DNA of 64,000 nucleotides from Dehalococcoidia bacterium (GCA_965204805.1 OZ242013.1:2541232-2605231), one strand, 5' to 3'. Positions 18,301 to 27,085 are shown, numbered from the stretch's first letter. A program made the numbers and translations. The notes: generated from the letters alone by a model not told the origin.

Positions 18301-19197
18301 TTACTCGCCGACATGGCGGTACTTGACCAGCCGGTGGCCTTCGAGGTTCTGGTTGACGTAGATGTCTCCGTGGGAGTCCACCCAGACGGCGTGGGCGCCC
18401 TGGCCGTGGCCGACCTCGACCGGGCTGCCCCAGCGGGCGAGGATGTCGCCGTCCATGTTCAGGATGGACATGAAGCCGTCCAGCTCCGGCACGAAGATGA
18501 CTTCGTCGGCATCTATGTAGATGTCGCAGGGACGGGCGAGACCCAACCACTGTTCCAGGAAGTTGCCCTGGTCATCGAAAATCTGGATGCGGTTGTTCTC
18601 GCGGTCGGCGACGAAGACGCGCCCGTCGGTGTGAACCCAGACTCCGTGGGGGACGTGGAACTCGCCGTGGCCGGTCTTGCCGGGCTGCCCCCAGGACTCG
18701 ATGAGCTGGCCATCGTTGGTGAAGCGGTGGACGCGGGCGTTGCCATAGCCGTCGGAAATGTACAGGTCGCCATTGGGGTGGATGGCGACGTCGCTGGGGC
18801 TGTTGAAGGGCCCGGCGGCTCTTTCCACTACATCGCTGTAACGGCCCGACCAGCCGGTGTCGGAGGGCTGGTCCCATTCGCCCATGGTCATCAGCAGGTT
18901 GCCTTTGGGGTCGTACTTCAGCACGACGTGGCTGTTTTTAACCGGCATGTACAGGTTCTCGTCGGCGTCAATGTACATACCGTGGGCGTCGGGAAGCTGT
19001 CCCTCGCCCCACGAGGTGAGGAAGTTACCGTCGCGGTCGAGGACTATCAGGGGGTGTTCCCCACGATTGAAGAGATAGACGCGGTCCTGGGAGTCGGTGA
19101 CGATGGCCGTCTGCCCCAGCGCCCAGCCTTCGGGCAGCTTCTCCCAGTTGGGGACCTCTTCGTAGGTGTACTTGCCCTTGCCAACAGTTGCCATCAC
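18301..19197 (-). CDS. NHL-repeat six-bladed beta-propeller protein (PAL-like)
   Basis: Repeated ...D..G.(I/V)YV.D..N.R(I/V)... blades. Confidence 0.7.
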   Translation of the reverse strand: MMATVGKGKYTYEEVPNWEKLPEGWALGQTAIVTDSQDRVYLFNRGEHPLIVLDRDGNFLTSWGEGQLPDAHGMYIDADENLYMPVKNSHVVLKYDPKGNLLMTMGEWDQPSDTGWSGRYSDVVERAAGPFNSPSDVAIHPNGDLYISDGYGNARVHRFTNDGQLIESWGQPGKTGHGEFHVPHGVWVHTDGRVFVADRENNRIQIFDDQGNFLEQWLGLARPCDIYIDADEVIFVPELDGFMSILNMDGDILARWGSPVEVGHGQGAHAVWVDSHGDIYVNQNLEGHRLVKYRHVGE

Positions 19198-19265
19198 GGG
19201 CCTCCTATTTTCAGTGCTTTAGGGTCAGTACGTTGCCAGCGTCGTGATTACTGATTGCTCCGGTG

Positions 19266-19499
19266 TCAGGCCAGCGCATCCCGAATCAGGGCGGCGGCAG
19301 CGGCGGCCAGCAGCCCGCCGCCTATCCCTATCACCGCCCATAACAGCCGGTCTATCCGGCGGTTGGTGTCCGCTTGGGACGCCGCCAAGTCCGATTTCGT
19401 CGCCATTTCCCCTCGAATTTCGGCGATGTCCGCTTTCGTCGCCAAGTGTTCGTGTCCCGCCTCCAGCCGGGCTATGCGTTCTTCGTTACTGATGGCCAT
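19266..19499 (-). CDS. small coiled-coil protein with C-terminal transmembrane anchor
   Basis: 77 aa with heptad-like repeats (LATKADIAEIRGEMATKSDLAA) followed by a hydrophobic tail. Confidence 0.4.
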   Translation of the reverse strand: MAISNEERIARLEAGHEHLATKADIAEIRGEMATKSDLAASQADTNRRIDRLLWAVIGIGGGLLAAAAAALIRDALA

Positions 19500-19553
19500 T
19501 GTTCTTTCTCCAATCTGCGGGCGGGGATCTGACTTGCTGGCAAAATTATGCGC

Positions 19554-20114
19554 CTAATACGTCGTCAGCACGTCAATCACCGCTTGCTCCAACTCACCGG
19601 CGCGGACCGCCACCTGCTCCGGCTTCAATCCACCCAGCGGGTGTGGGAAGCCCAAGGGCCGGAAGTCGCGGCGGCCGAAGGTGTTGGCGTGGCGGAAGGC
19701 CGAGTTCAGGAACGGGTCGGTACACAGCACCACGGTAGGAACGCCCCGGTTTTCGAGGGTCATTGCGTCGTGCACACTGCACGCGGTGCAGGACCCTCAA
19801 TCGGCGATGGCGGTGACAACGAAGTCGCAGCGCACCGCCAGTTGGTCGATGATGTCGTCCGCAGCCGGGCGGGAGTAGACGTACTTGTCCACAGCCAGGG
19901 AGTCGCCGAGTTCCATGTCCCGGTCCAGCAGTTCGCGGACGTTGTGGAGCAACAGGGCCGCGTTGGCCTTGCGGTTGCCCAGGAAGCCGCCGACCTTGCC
20001 GTGCAGGGTGTCGAGACGAGGGGCGGGCCGCCAGCGGTTGGCGGCGTCGGGGTCTATGGGCGACATCAGACCCATCTGTCGCAAGCGTTCTTCTACGTTG
20101 GTTGCGGTGGTCAT
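19554..20114 (-). CDS. candidate selenoprotein (UGSC motif) with in-frame UGA at 19797-19799
   Basis: Two same-frame ORFs are separated by a single TGA, reading ...TAIAD-U-GSCTAC.... A SECIS-like stem-loop lies immediately 3' of the UGA. RBS AAAGGTGAG is upstream of the ATG at 20114. Confidence 0.65.
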
Positions 20115-20131
20115 GTTTTTCTCACCTTTCT

Positions 20132-20224
20132 GTCTGAACTGTGATTTATGGGATTAAGAGATTACCTTGATTTTATATGCTGGAATCAAGGCAATCATAA
20201 AAATCCGACGAATCACAATTCAAT
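20132..20224. repeat. PAL-GATT palindromic intergenic repeat, copy B (more diverged)
   Basis: GTCTGAACTGTGATT...AATCACAATTCAAT. It supplies the stop codon of the 20213..21244 gene. Confidence 0.8.
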
Positions 20225-21244
20225 CTTGCGGGTTACCGCGCGGGAGCCCCAGCCGGGCAGGTAGACCGAGTGGGGGCCGCCTGCGCCGCCAGCTACGAAT
20301 ATGTGGATGCGGTCGGGGGCGCGGACTACCGGCACCATCTGGTCGTCGTCGTCCGGGTCTATGAAGCGGGGCCAGAAGTGCCCTCGGCGGGCGTCACCCT
20401 GGGGCGGGCCGCCGTGCTTCAGCATCCGCACCGGCTTGCGGGCGCGCTCGAACAGGAATTGCCGGATGTCCCGCTTGTTCCAGCCGTCGGCGTGGAGGAA
20501 TTTGGCGTGCTCCGGGCCGATGACGACGAAGGTGTCGCCCATGACGTACATCTGTACGTTGCCGAGGGGGCACATGGTGTCTGCCAGCACGGTCAGGAAG
20601 TCACGGGAGTTGGAAGCGTGGTACATGATGTTGTGCGGCGCCTCGGCAGGAAACACCGTTACAGTGCTGTCGGTGGCGGCGTAACCCATCTCAACGTGCA
20701 TCGGCATCCATGGGTTGGCTGTCTCGTCCTCTGCGACGCAGTAGGTGTAGGCCCCCGGGTGGCCGAAGGTGGCCTTGTTGGTTTCGCCTGGTATTGCGCC
20801 GCCCAGGTTGACCAGCGCCAGCTTGACGGCGCGGCCGATGGTGGCGTTGGCCCGCCAGCCCGAGCCGAAACAGTTATAGCCTCCGTTGATGTCAAGCTGC
20901 TGCACGGCGGGGCCGTTGACGATGAGCAGCGGGGTGTGGATGCCGGTGGAGCACATGACGCCGCGCAGGTTGAAGCGCTCGTCCATCATGGCCTGCAGGG
21001 CAGTGATGACGACGGGCATGTGCTCAGGTACGCAGCCGGCCATCACCGCGTTGACAGCGATGCGCTCCACGGTGGCCCGTCCCCCAAGGGGCGGCAGTTC
21101 GGCTATCAGCTCGTCTCCGCCGCGCCCGGTGTGGGCGACGAAGCGGCGCACCAGGTCCTCGGACGGCGGCACCACAGGTAGGCCGTCGGTCCAGCCGGTC
21201 TCGAACATCAACTCAATGGCGTCGGTAAGTTCGGTTGAAAGCAT
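20213..21244 (-). CDS. conserved protein of unknown function (GWTDGLPVVPPS N-terminal motif)
   Basis: 343 aa with coding-like composition. I recognise no named family. Confidence 0.6.
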   Translation of the reverse strand: MLSTELTDAIELMFETGWTDGLPVVPPSEDLVRRFVAHTGRGGDELIAELPPLGGRATVERIAVNAVMAGCVPEHMPVVITALQAMMDERFNLRGVMCSTGIHTPLLIVNGPAVQQLDINGGYNCFGSGWRANATIGRAVKLALVNLGGAIPGETNKATFGHPGAYTYCVAEDETANPWMPMHVEMGYAATDSTVTVFPAEAPHNIMYHASNSRDFLTVLADTMCPLGNVQMYVMGDTFVVIGPEHAKFLHADGWNKRDIRQFLFERARKPVRMLKHGGPPQGDARRGHFWPRFIDPDDDDQMVPVVRAPDRIHIFVAGGAGGPHSVYLPGWGSRAVTRKIEL

Positions 21245-21288
21245 CTATGACTACTCGCGATTGGATGGGCGCGAAACGGGCCTCTTAC

Positions 21289-22455
21289 TTACTTGCCCTT
21301 GAACTCGGGCATCACTTCCTTTGCGAACCACTCCAGTTGCTCGGTGATCACGCTTTGGGGGGTTCCTACGGGATGGCTTACGCCCACACGGTCTAGCCCG
21401 GGGTACTGCTTCTCGACCGCCTTTAGCTGCTCGATGACCCGGTCCGGCGGGCCGGCCAGGAATGCGCCGCCTTCTACCGCGCCCTGGATGGTGGGCAGAC
21501 CGGCGGTGGGGGCGCGGCTTGGGTCGCCGATGTCGCGGATTTGCTCATCGGACAGACGGCGGGTAAGGCGCAGCGGGCCGAACATCTTGAGGTTTTCCTC
21601 GAAGAAGCCCTGGGCCTCCTCCATAGCCTGCTCCACGCTGGGGGCGAGGTGGAAATGGAAGCCGACGCTGAGGTTGGTTCCGGGCTCGGGTTCCTCGTGG
21701 CCGGCACGAATCATGGCGTCGCGGTAGCCGTAGATGACGTTGTCCATGGCTCCGCCCTCGGCCACGCCGCCGCCAATGATGCCCTTGATGTTGTGCTTGA
21801 CCATGAAATCCAGCGCCCGCTGGGTGCCGCCCTGGATGGGCTGCCAGCACTCGACCGGCAGCTTGGTCGGGCGCGGCACGAGGGTCAATTCCTTGAGGGT
21901 GTAGCCGCGATAAGGCACCTCGGGCGGCAGGGTGTAGTACTTGCCCTGGTGCGACCATGACTCTTCATTGAACGCCTTGAAGATGATTTCGACCTGCTCC
22001 TCGAACATCTCGCGGTTGGCGTCCTGGTCCTGGAGCGGCGAGCCAAAGCTCTCCACCTCGCGGGTGTGGTAGCCCCGGCCTACGCCGAAGATGACGCGGC
22101 CTCCGGTCAGGATGTCGGCGGTGGCGTAGTCCTCGGCCAGCCGCAGCGGATGCCACATGGGGGCGATGTTGAAGCCGCAGCCGAATTTGAGGTTCTTGGT
22201 GACGTGGGCTAGGTGGACGTTGAGCATGATGAGGTTGGGGATGCACTCGTAACCTTCCGGCTGGAAGTGGTGCTCGGCCATCCACATGGTGTCGTAACCG
22301 TTCTCGTCCATGGTCTTGGCGATGGCCTCGGACTTGGGGAAGACCGTGGACAGGTGGTCGTTGTCAAACAGGCGGTCGTTGACCGCGATGCCGCCGTAGC
22401 CGATGTTGGTCATGTCAACGTGGCCGGCGAAGAGGCTGTCGAATTTGGTGATCAT
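21289..22455 (-). CDS. LLM-class flavin-dependent monooxygenase/oxidoreductase
   Basis: Luciferase-like motifs (MAEHHFQPEGY..., VIFGVGRGY). Confidence 0.8.
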   Translation of the reverse strand: MITKFDSLFAGHVDMTNIGYGGIAVNDRLFDNDHLSTVFPKSEAIAKTMDENGYDTMWMAEHHFQPEGYECIPNLIMLNVHLAHVTKNLKFGCGFNIAPMWHPLRLAEDYATADILTGGRVIFGVGRGYHTREVESFGSPLQDQDANREMFEEQVEIIFKAFNEESWSHQGKYYTLPPEVPYRGYTLKELTLVPRPTKLPVECWQPIQGGTQRALDFMVKHNIKGIIGGGVAEGGAMDNVIYGYRDAMIRAGHEEPEPGTNLSVGFHFHLAPSVEQAMEEAQGFFEENLKMFGPLRLTRRLSDEQIRDIGDPSRAPTAGLPTIQGAVEGGAFLAGPPDRVIEQLKAVEKQYPGLDRVGVSHPVGTPQSVITEQLEWFAKEVMPEFKGK

Positions 22456-22480
22456 GGCATCTCCTACCTTAGCTTTGATT

Positions 22481-22576
22481 GTCTGAACTGTGATTTGTGA
22501 GATTTCCGTGATTGCCCTGATTTTCTTGCTCCCGAATCATGGCAATCCCTATAATCACAAAAATCACAGTTCAGAC
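22481..22576. repeat. PAL-GATT palindromic intergenic repeat, copy C (best preserved)
   Basis: GATT at element positions 12, 21, 30 and 39, mirrored by AATC x4. Termini are GTCTGAAC/GTTCAGAC. Confidence 0.9.
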
Positions 22577-23739
22577 TATTCGTAGGGCTGGAGTTGGATT
22601 TCGTGTAGGGCGGGGATGACTTCGCGGCCCAGCAGTTCCACGGAGCGCATTACGTCGGCGTGGTTCATGTCGCCTTCATTGCCGTAGATGTGGAGGTAGC
22701 CGGGGTTCAGACGCTCGATGATGTTGCTGAGCTTGCGGGTTACGGTGTCGGGGCTGCCGACGATTACGTTGTCCACGTCCTGGAGTTCCTGGTAGGTCAT
22801 GCGGCGTCCGAAGCCCCCGGCGCCGGGTAGCTGGCGCTGGATGCGCACCGCCTCGCGGGACTGGTAGCCGGGCGGGTCGTTGTGCTCCACCGGGCCGCGG
22901 TTGCGATGGTTTTCCGTCCACAGGAAGGTTTCGCCGATCCGCTGTGCCTCTTCGTCGGTGTCGGCGCAGAACACTCGCAGCAGGTAGCCGAAATGCTCCG
23001 GGCCGGGGGTAAAGCCGACTTCCTTGGCAGTGTCTATGTAGACACCCTTCAACCCTTCGGTGTAGTCCAGCAGCGAGCCGAGGTTCATGTAGGGGTGCTG
23101 GTGGCGGGCCGCCCAGACAACGCTCTCGGCGCTGGACAGGCCGGGGAACCAGATGGGCGGGTGCGGGTCCTGCACCGGCAGCACCCAGGGGTTCACGGCG
23201 CGGTAGTGGTAGAACTGGCCCTCGTATCGGAAGGGGCCGGGCTGCGTCCAGCATTTGATGATGAGGTCGTGGGCTTCCTCGAAGCGGGCGCGGTTCTCGG
23301 CGGGGATGATGCCCCCGGCCAGGCTCTCGACTGCGGTGCCGCGCACGAAGCCGGAGATGATGCGCCCGTTGGAGAAGCAGTCCAGCATGGCGATTTCCTC
23401 GGCCATGCGGATGGGATCGTTGACCGCGATGACGTTGCCGAGGATGGCAATCTTGGTGTTCTTGGTTATCTTGGAAATGACGGCCGCGTCGAGGTTGACG
23501 GCGGGCTTCATGCACCAGTAGGAGGCGTGATGCTCGTTGGACATGATGCCGTCGAAGCCCACCTCGTCGGCCAGCGCGTACTGCTCGTGGTATTGGTTGT
23601 AGAGTTCGTGGGCCTTCTCCGGGTCGAAGAAGGTGTTGGGGAACCCGAGCCTGCCGGAGTCGTACTGCTCCAGGTCGGCGTCGGTTACGTGGGCGTAGGG
23701 CTGTTCGGAGAACCAGAAAACCTCAATAGTGTCTTTCAT
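22576..23739 (-). CDS. LLM-class flavin-dependent monooxygenase/oxidoreductase
   Basis: Luciferase-like motifs (SNEHHASYW..., GRIISGFVRG). Confidence 0.8.
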   Translation of the reverse strand: MKDTIEVFWFSEQPYAHVTDADLEQYDSGRLGFPNTFFDPEKAHELYNQYHEQYALADEVGFDGIMSNEHHASYWCMKPAVNLDAAVISKITKNTKIAILGNVIAVNDPIRMAEEIAMLDCFSNGRIISGFVRGTAVESLAGGIIPAENRARFEEAHDLIIKCWTQPGPFRYEGQFYHYRAVNPWVLPVQDPHPPIWFPGLSSAESVVWAARHQHPYMNLGSLLDYTEGLKGVYIDTAKEVGFTPGPEHFGYLLRVFCADTDEEAQRIGETFLWTENHRNRGPVEHNDPPGYQSREAVRIQRQLPGAGGFGRRMTYQELQDVDNVIVGSPDTVTRKLSNIIERLNPGYLHIYGNEGDMNHADVMRSVELLGREVIPALHEIQLQPYE

Positions 23740-23860
23740 CGAAGCGGCTCCTGGGAGTTTGCGTAGCTAATTGACAGTCCCGCCATGCAAGACTGTGCCT
23801 GCTTCGCAATCTAGCGATTGGGCGGCGGGGTGTCAAGGATGGGATGCGGGAGCAGGCGCG

Positions 23861-25162
23861 TTACACCACCGCCGCGGGCCTTGCCGCCAGCTCGCGCCCG
23901 GCGCTGCGGGCCACGCCGAACCAGATGGTCACCAGCAGCATCAGCCCTGCCGCGCCGGTTATCGCCCAGCCCCAGCCAGCATTGGCGGCGACGAAGGCCA
24001 GGGGCAGCGCGCCCAGGTAGTGGAAGCCCGGGGTGAAGTGGAGTATGCCCATCACCCGCCCGCGCACTTCCGCCGGGGTAGCCAGTTGCAGGATGGTCGT
24101 TGACAAGGGCCAGACGGTGCCAAGACTCACTATCCCGACGACAAGGAACAAGGCCCAGGCCACCCAGAACGACGTGGACCAGCCGAACAGGGTCAGCATG
24201 ACGGCCATGACCACCAGGCAGGCCAGCAGCCATCGGTATAGCCAGGCCCGGTTCATGAAGGTTATGGCCAGGTTGCCGATCAGAGAGCCAATCCCCGAGG
24301 CCAGCAGCATCACGCCTGCCTGGGTAGCGTCGGAGCCCAGTTGGTCCTTGGCAAAGACGGGCACCACCTGGAGGTGGGACATCCCAAAGCCTCCGAAGGA
24401 GCAGGACAGGACGATGACGGTGAGCAGCACCGGCGTGTTCTTGATGACCGACAGACCGTTAATAAAGTTCTGGAGCAGCGGTTCGCGGGCCGGCGCCGCG
24501 GCGCTGGAAGTCCAGCGTATCGGCATGAGGCAGAGCACGCTTGCGCCGTAGAAAGCCGCGTTGGCTATCAGCCCGGTGCCGATTCCCCATACACTGAAGC
24601 TGTCGGCAATCAGCGGCGGGCCGTCAATGAGGACACCCACCAGCGGCGGACCGATTATCCGTCCGATATGCACCGCCGCGTTGAACTGGGCCACCGCGTC
24701 CAGAAGCGCGCCCTGGCCCACCAGGTCCGACAGCGTGGTGACCCGCGCCGGCTGGTTCAGGGCTTGCAGCACTCCCAGCAAGGCCACCGCCAGGTAGATA
24801 TGCCATACGGCGACCACCTGGGTCAGCGTGAGCACGGCCAGGACGCCAATCAGCGCGCCTACTCCGGCCTGGGTGGCTATCAGCAGGTATTTGCGGTTCA
24901 GCCGGTCGGCTATCACCCCGCCGAAGGGCAGCATGGCGGTGTTGGGTATGCCGTAGAGGAACACCATCACGCCCGTCAACTGGAGAGAGGACCCGGTGAG
25001 CTCCAGCATCAGCCAGATGAGGACCAGGAACTGCATCCCCTGGGCCACCGACTGGGTGGAAGACGCCATCCAATACCAGCGGAAGCCACCAACGCGCCAC
25101 GGGCCCAGCATCCGGCTCCAGTAGGATGGGGCAGCGGGGGTTGGTGAAGAGTTCGCTACCAA
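23861..25162 (-). CDS. MFS transporter
   Basis: About 12 hydrophobic segments and the GG(V/I)IADRxxRK loop motif. Confidence 0.8.
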   Translation of the reverse strand: MVANSSPTPAAPSYWSRMLGPWRVGGFRWYWMASSTQSVAQGMQFLVLIWLMLELTGSSLQLTGVMVFLYGIPNTAMLPFGGVIADRLNRKYLLIATQAGVGALIGVLAVLTLTQVVAVWHIYLAVALLGVLQALNQPARVTTLSDLVGQGALLDAVAQFNAAVHIGRIIGPPLVGVLIDGPPLIADSFSVWGIGTGLIANAAFYGASVLCLMPIRWTSSAAAPAREPLLQNFINGLSVIKNTPVLLTVIVLSCSFGGFGMSHLQVVPVFAKDQLGSDATQAGVMLLASGIGSLIGNLAITFMNRAWLYRWLLACLVVMAVMLTLFGWSTSFWVAWALFLVVGIVSLGTVWPLSTTILQLATPAEVRGRVMGILHFTPGFHYLGALPLAFVAANAGWGWAITGAAGLMLLVTIWFGVARSAGRELAARPAAVV

Positions 25163-25216
25163 GTTGGGATTCCCGATTGTCTTCTCTTTTTCAACGGGGT
25201 CATCCGGTTATTCTAT

Positions 25217-25246
25217 CGTCATTCCTGCCTTTGCAGGAATGACGGG
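25217..25246. repeat. G-hairpin repeat (GTCATTCCTGC-CTTT-GCAGGAATGAC)
   Basis: 11-bp perfect stem between the two MFS genes. Confidence 0.75.
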
Positions 25247-25307
25247 ATAGTTCGCCTCAAAGTCTCACAACGCGATTGCCCTGCTATGATGCTCCATCCT
25301 AGCCTAT

Positions 25308-26609
25308 TCACGTCGCCGCCGGGTGCGCCGCCAGTTCCCGGCCTGTCCTGCGGCCCAGCCCGAAAGTGAGCGTCACCACCAGGCAGACGCCCGCGGCCCC
25401 GGTTATCGCCAGCGGCCAGCCTACTCCGGCGGCGGCCAGCGTCAGGGGCCAGGCCCCCAGGAAGTGCAGGCCCGGCACCAGGTGGAGCACACCCATCACC
25501 CGGCCGCGCACCTCCGCCGGGGATGCCAGTTGCGCTATGGTGGTCGTAAGCGGCCATACCCAGCCGATGGCCACCACACCCACCAGCAGGGTGAACACCC
25601 AGGTCGTCCAGAACCAGCCATCCCAGGATGTCCCGGTCAGGTCATCGAAAGACCCGCTCCAGGCGAACAGCGTCAGCAGAACCACGAAGGTCACCAGGCA
25701 GAACAGCAGCCAGCGGTAGAGCCAGGCCCGGTGCATGAAGGTCAGGGTCATGCTGCCGATGAGCGCCCCTATGCCCGAACCCAGCAGCAGCAGTCCGACC
25801 TCGGACGCGCCGCTGCCGAGCTGCTCCTTGGCAAAGGCGGGCACCACCTGGAGATGCGCCATCCCGAACCCGCCGAAGAAGCAGGTCATCACCAAGACCG
25901 TCAGCAGCAGCGGGGTATCGCGGATGACTGCCAGCCCCTCGCCGATATGGCGCAGCAGCGGCTGGCGACTGGTCTCGGGGTGGCTGTATGTTCCGCGAAC
26001 CATGGCCAGCAGGAGGACGCTGGCCCCGTAGCAGGCGGCGTTCAGGACCAGCACCGCGCCAATGCTCCACTGGTCTATCAGAACCCCGGCCACGGGCGGG
26101 CCAACGATCCGGCCGGCGTGCTGCGCCGCGTTGAACTGGGCCACGGCGTCCAGCAGCCTGTTCTCGCCCACCAGATCGGCGAGCATGGCCAGCCTGGCGG
26201 GCATATTCAACGCCTGCAACACCCCAAGCAGGGCCGCCGCGAGGTATATGTGCCAGAGGGCCACGTTGCCCGTGATGGTGAGCGCGGCCAGCCCGGCAAT
26301 CATGGCCCCCACCATCGCCTGGGTGACCATCAGGAGCTGCTTGCGGTCCATCCGGTCGGCGATGATGCCGCCGGCCAGCAGGAAGGCGATGTTGGGCAGG
26401 CCGTACAGGGATATGGTCAGCCCCAACTGGGTCTTGTCGCCGGTGACCTCCAGCACCAGCCACCCCAGGACCAGGAACTGCATTCCCTGGGACATGGCCT
26501 GGGCCAGCGATCCGGCCCAGTACCAACGGAAAGAAAGAACCTCCCACGGTCCCTTTATCCGGCTCCATACAGAGGGAGAGACCGATGCCGGCGGCCTGTC
26601 GGCTACCAA
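25308..26609 (-). CDS. MFS transporter (tandem paralog of 23861..25162)
   Basis: Same length (433 aa), colinear with its neighbour and clearly similar to it by eye. Confidence 0.8.
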   Translation of the reverse strand: MVADRPPASVSPSVWSRIKGPWEVLSFRWYWAGSLAQAMSQGMQFLVLGWLVLEVTGDKTQLGLTISLYGLPNIAFLLAGGIIADRMDRKQLLMVTQAMVGAMIAGLAALTITGNVALWHIYLAAALLGVLQALNMPARLAMLADLVGENRLLDAVAQFNAAQHAGRIVGPPVAGVLIDQWSIGAVLVLNAACYGASVLLLAMVRGTYSHPETSRQPLLRHIGEGLAVIRDTPLLLTVLVMTCFFGGFGMAHLQVVPAFAKEQLGSGASEVGLLLLGSGIGALIGSMTLTFMHRAWLYRWLLFCLVTFVVLLTLFAWSGSFDDLTGTSWDGWFWTTWVFTLLVGVVAIGWVWPLTTTIAQLASPAEVRGRVMGVLHLVPGLHFLGAWPLTLAAAGVGWPLAITGAAGVCLVVTLTFGLGRRTGRELAAHPAAT

Positions 26610-26673
26610 TGGGAGGTTCTCACAAGTGGACGGTTCATTATGATGATGCGCTGGAATCCATACGGCGCAGCTT

Positions 26674-27030
26674 TCACGAAGCCAGGTCCGGGATGCCCAT
26701 GCTCACGCTGCGGTAGCTGCCGCCTATGGCGCGGGTCTGGTGACCCTGGCCGGTCATGTCCTCGGCCAGCAGCACGTCGCCCGGCTGGAACTGGCGGGTT
26801 GCGCCGTCCCCGCAGATGACCTCCATCTGCCCTTCCAGCACGATGAGGTACTGGCGGCGGGTGGGGTGGTGCCAGTCGCTGAAGCTGTTCTCGGCGGAGC
26901 GGCGGAACACCAGGTCTTCGCCGGGCTTGGTGGCGACTCGCAGCGCGTCATCGCTGGGCATTCCGATGTCCTCGAAGTGCGACTGCCCATCGTCGCCGGT
27001 GTAGATGCGGACCAGCATAAACGTCTCCAT
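26674..27030 (-). CDS. cupin-domain protein
   Basis: Small beta-barrel pattern (WHHPTRRQYLIVLEGQMEV...GDVLLAED). The start is taken at METFMLV. Confidence 0.7.
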   Translation of the reverse strand: METFMLVRIYTGDDGQSHFEDIGMPSDDALRVATKPGEDLVFRRSAENSFSDWHHPTRRQYLIVLEGQMEVICGDGATRQFQPGDVLLAEDMTGQGHQTRAIGGSYRSVSMGIPDLAS

Positions 27031-27085
27031 GTTCAGATTGGCGAGCCTCGGTGGGCGCCAAGGCAAGTATAATCTATGGTGCGCT

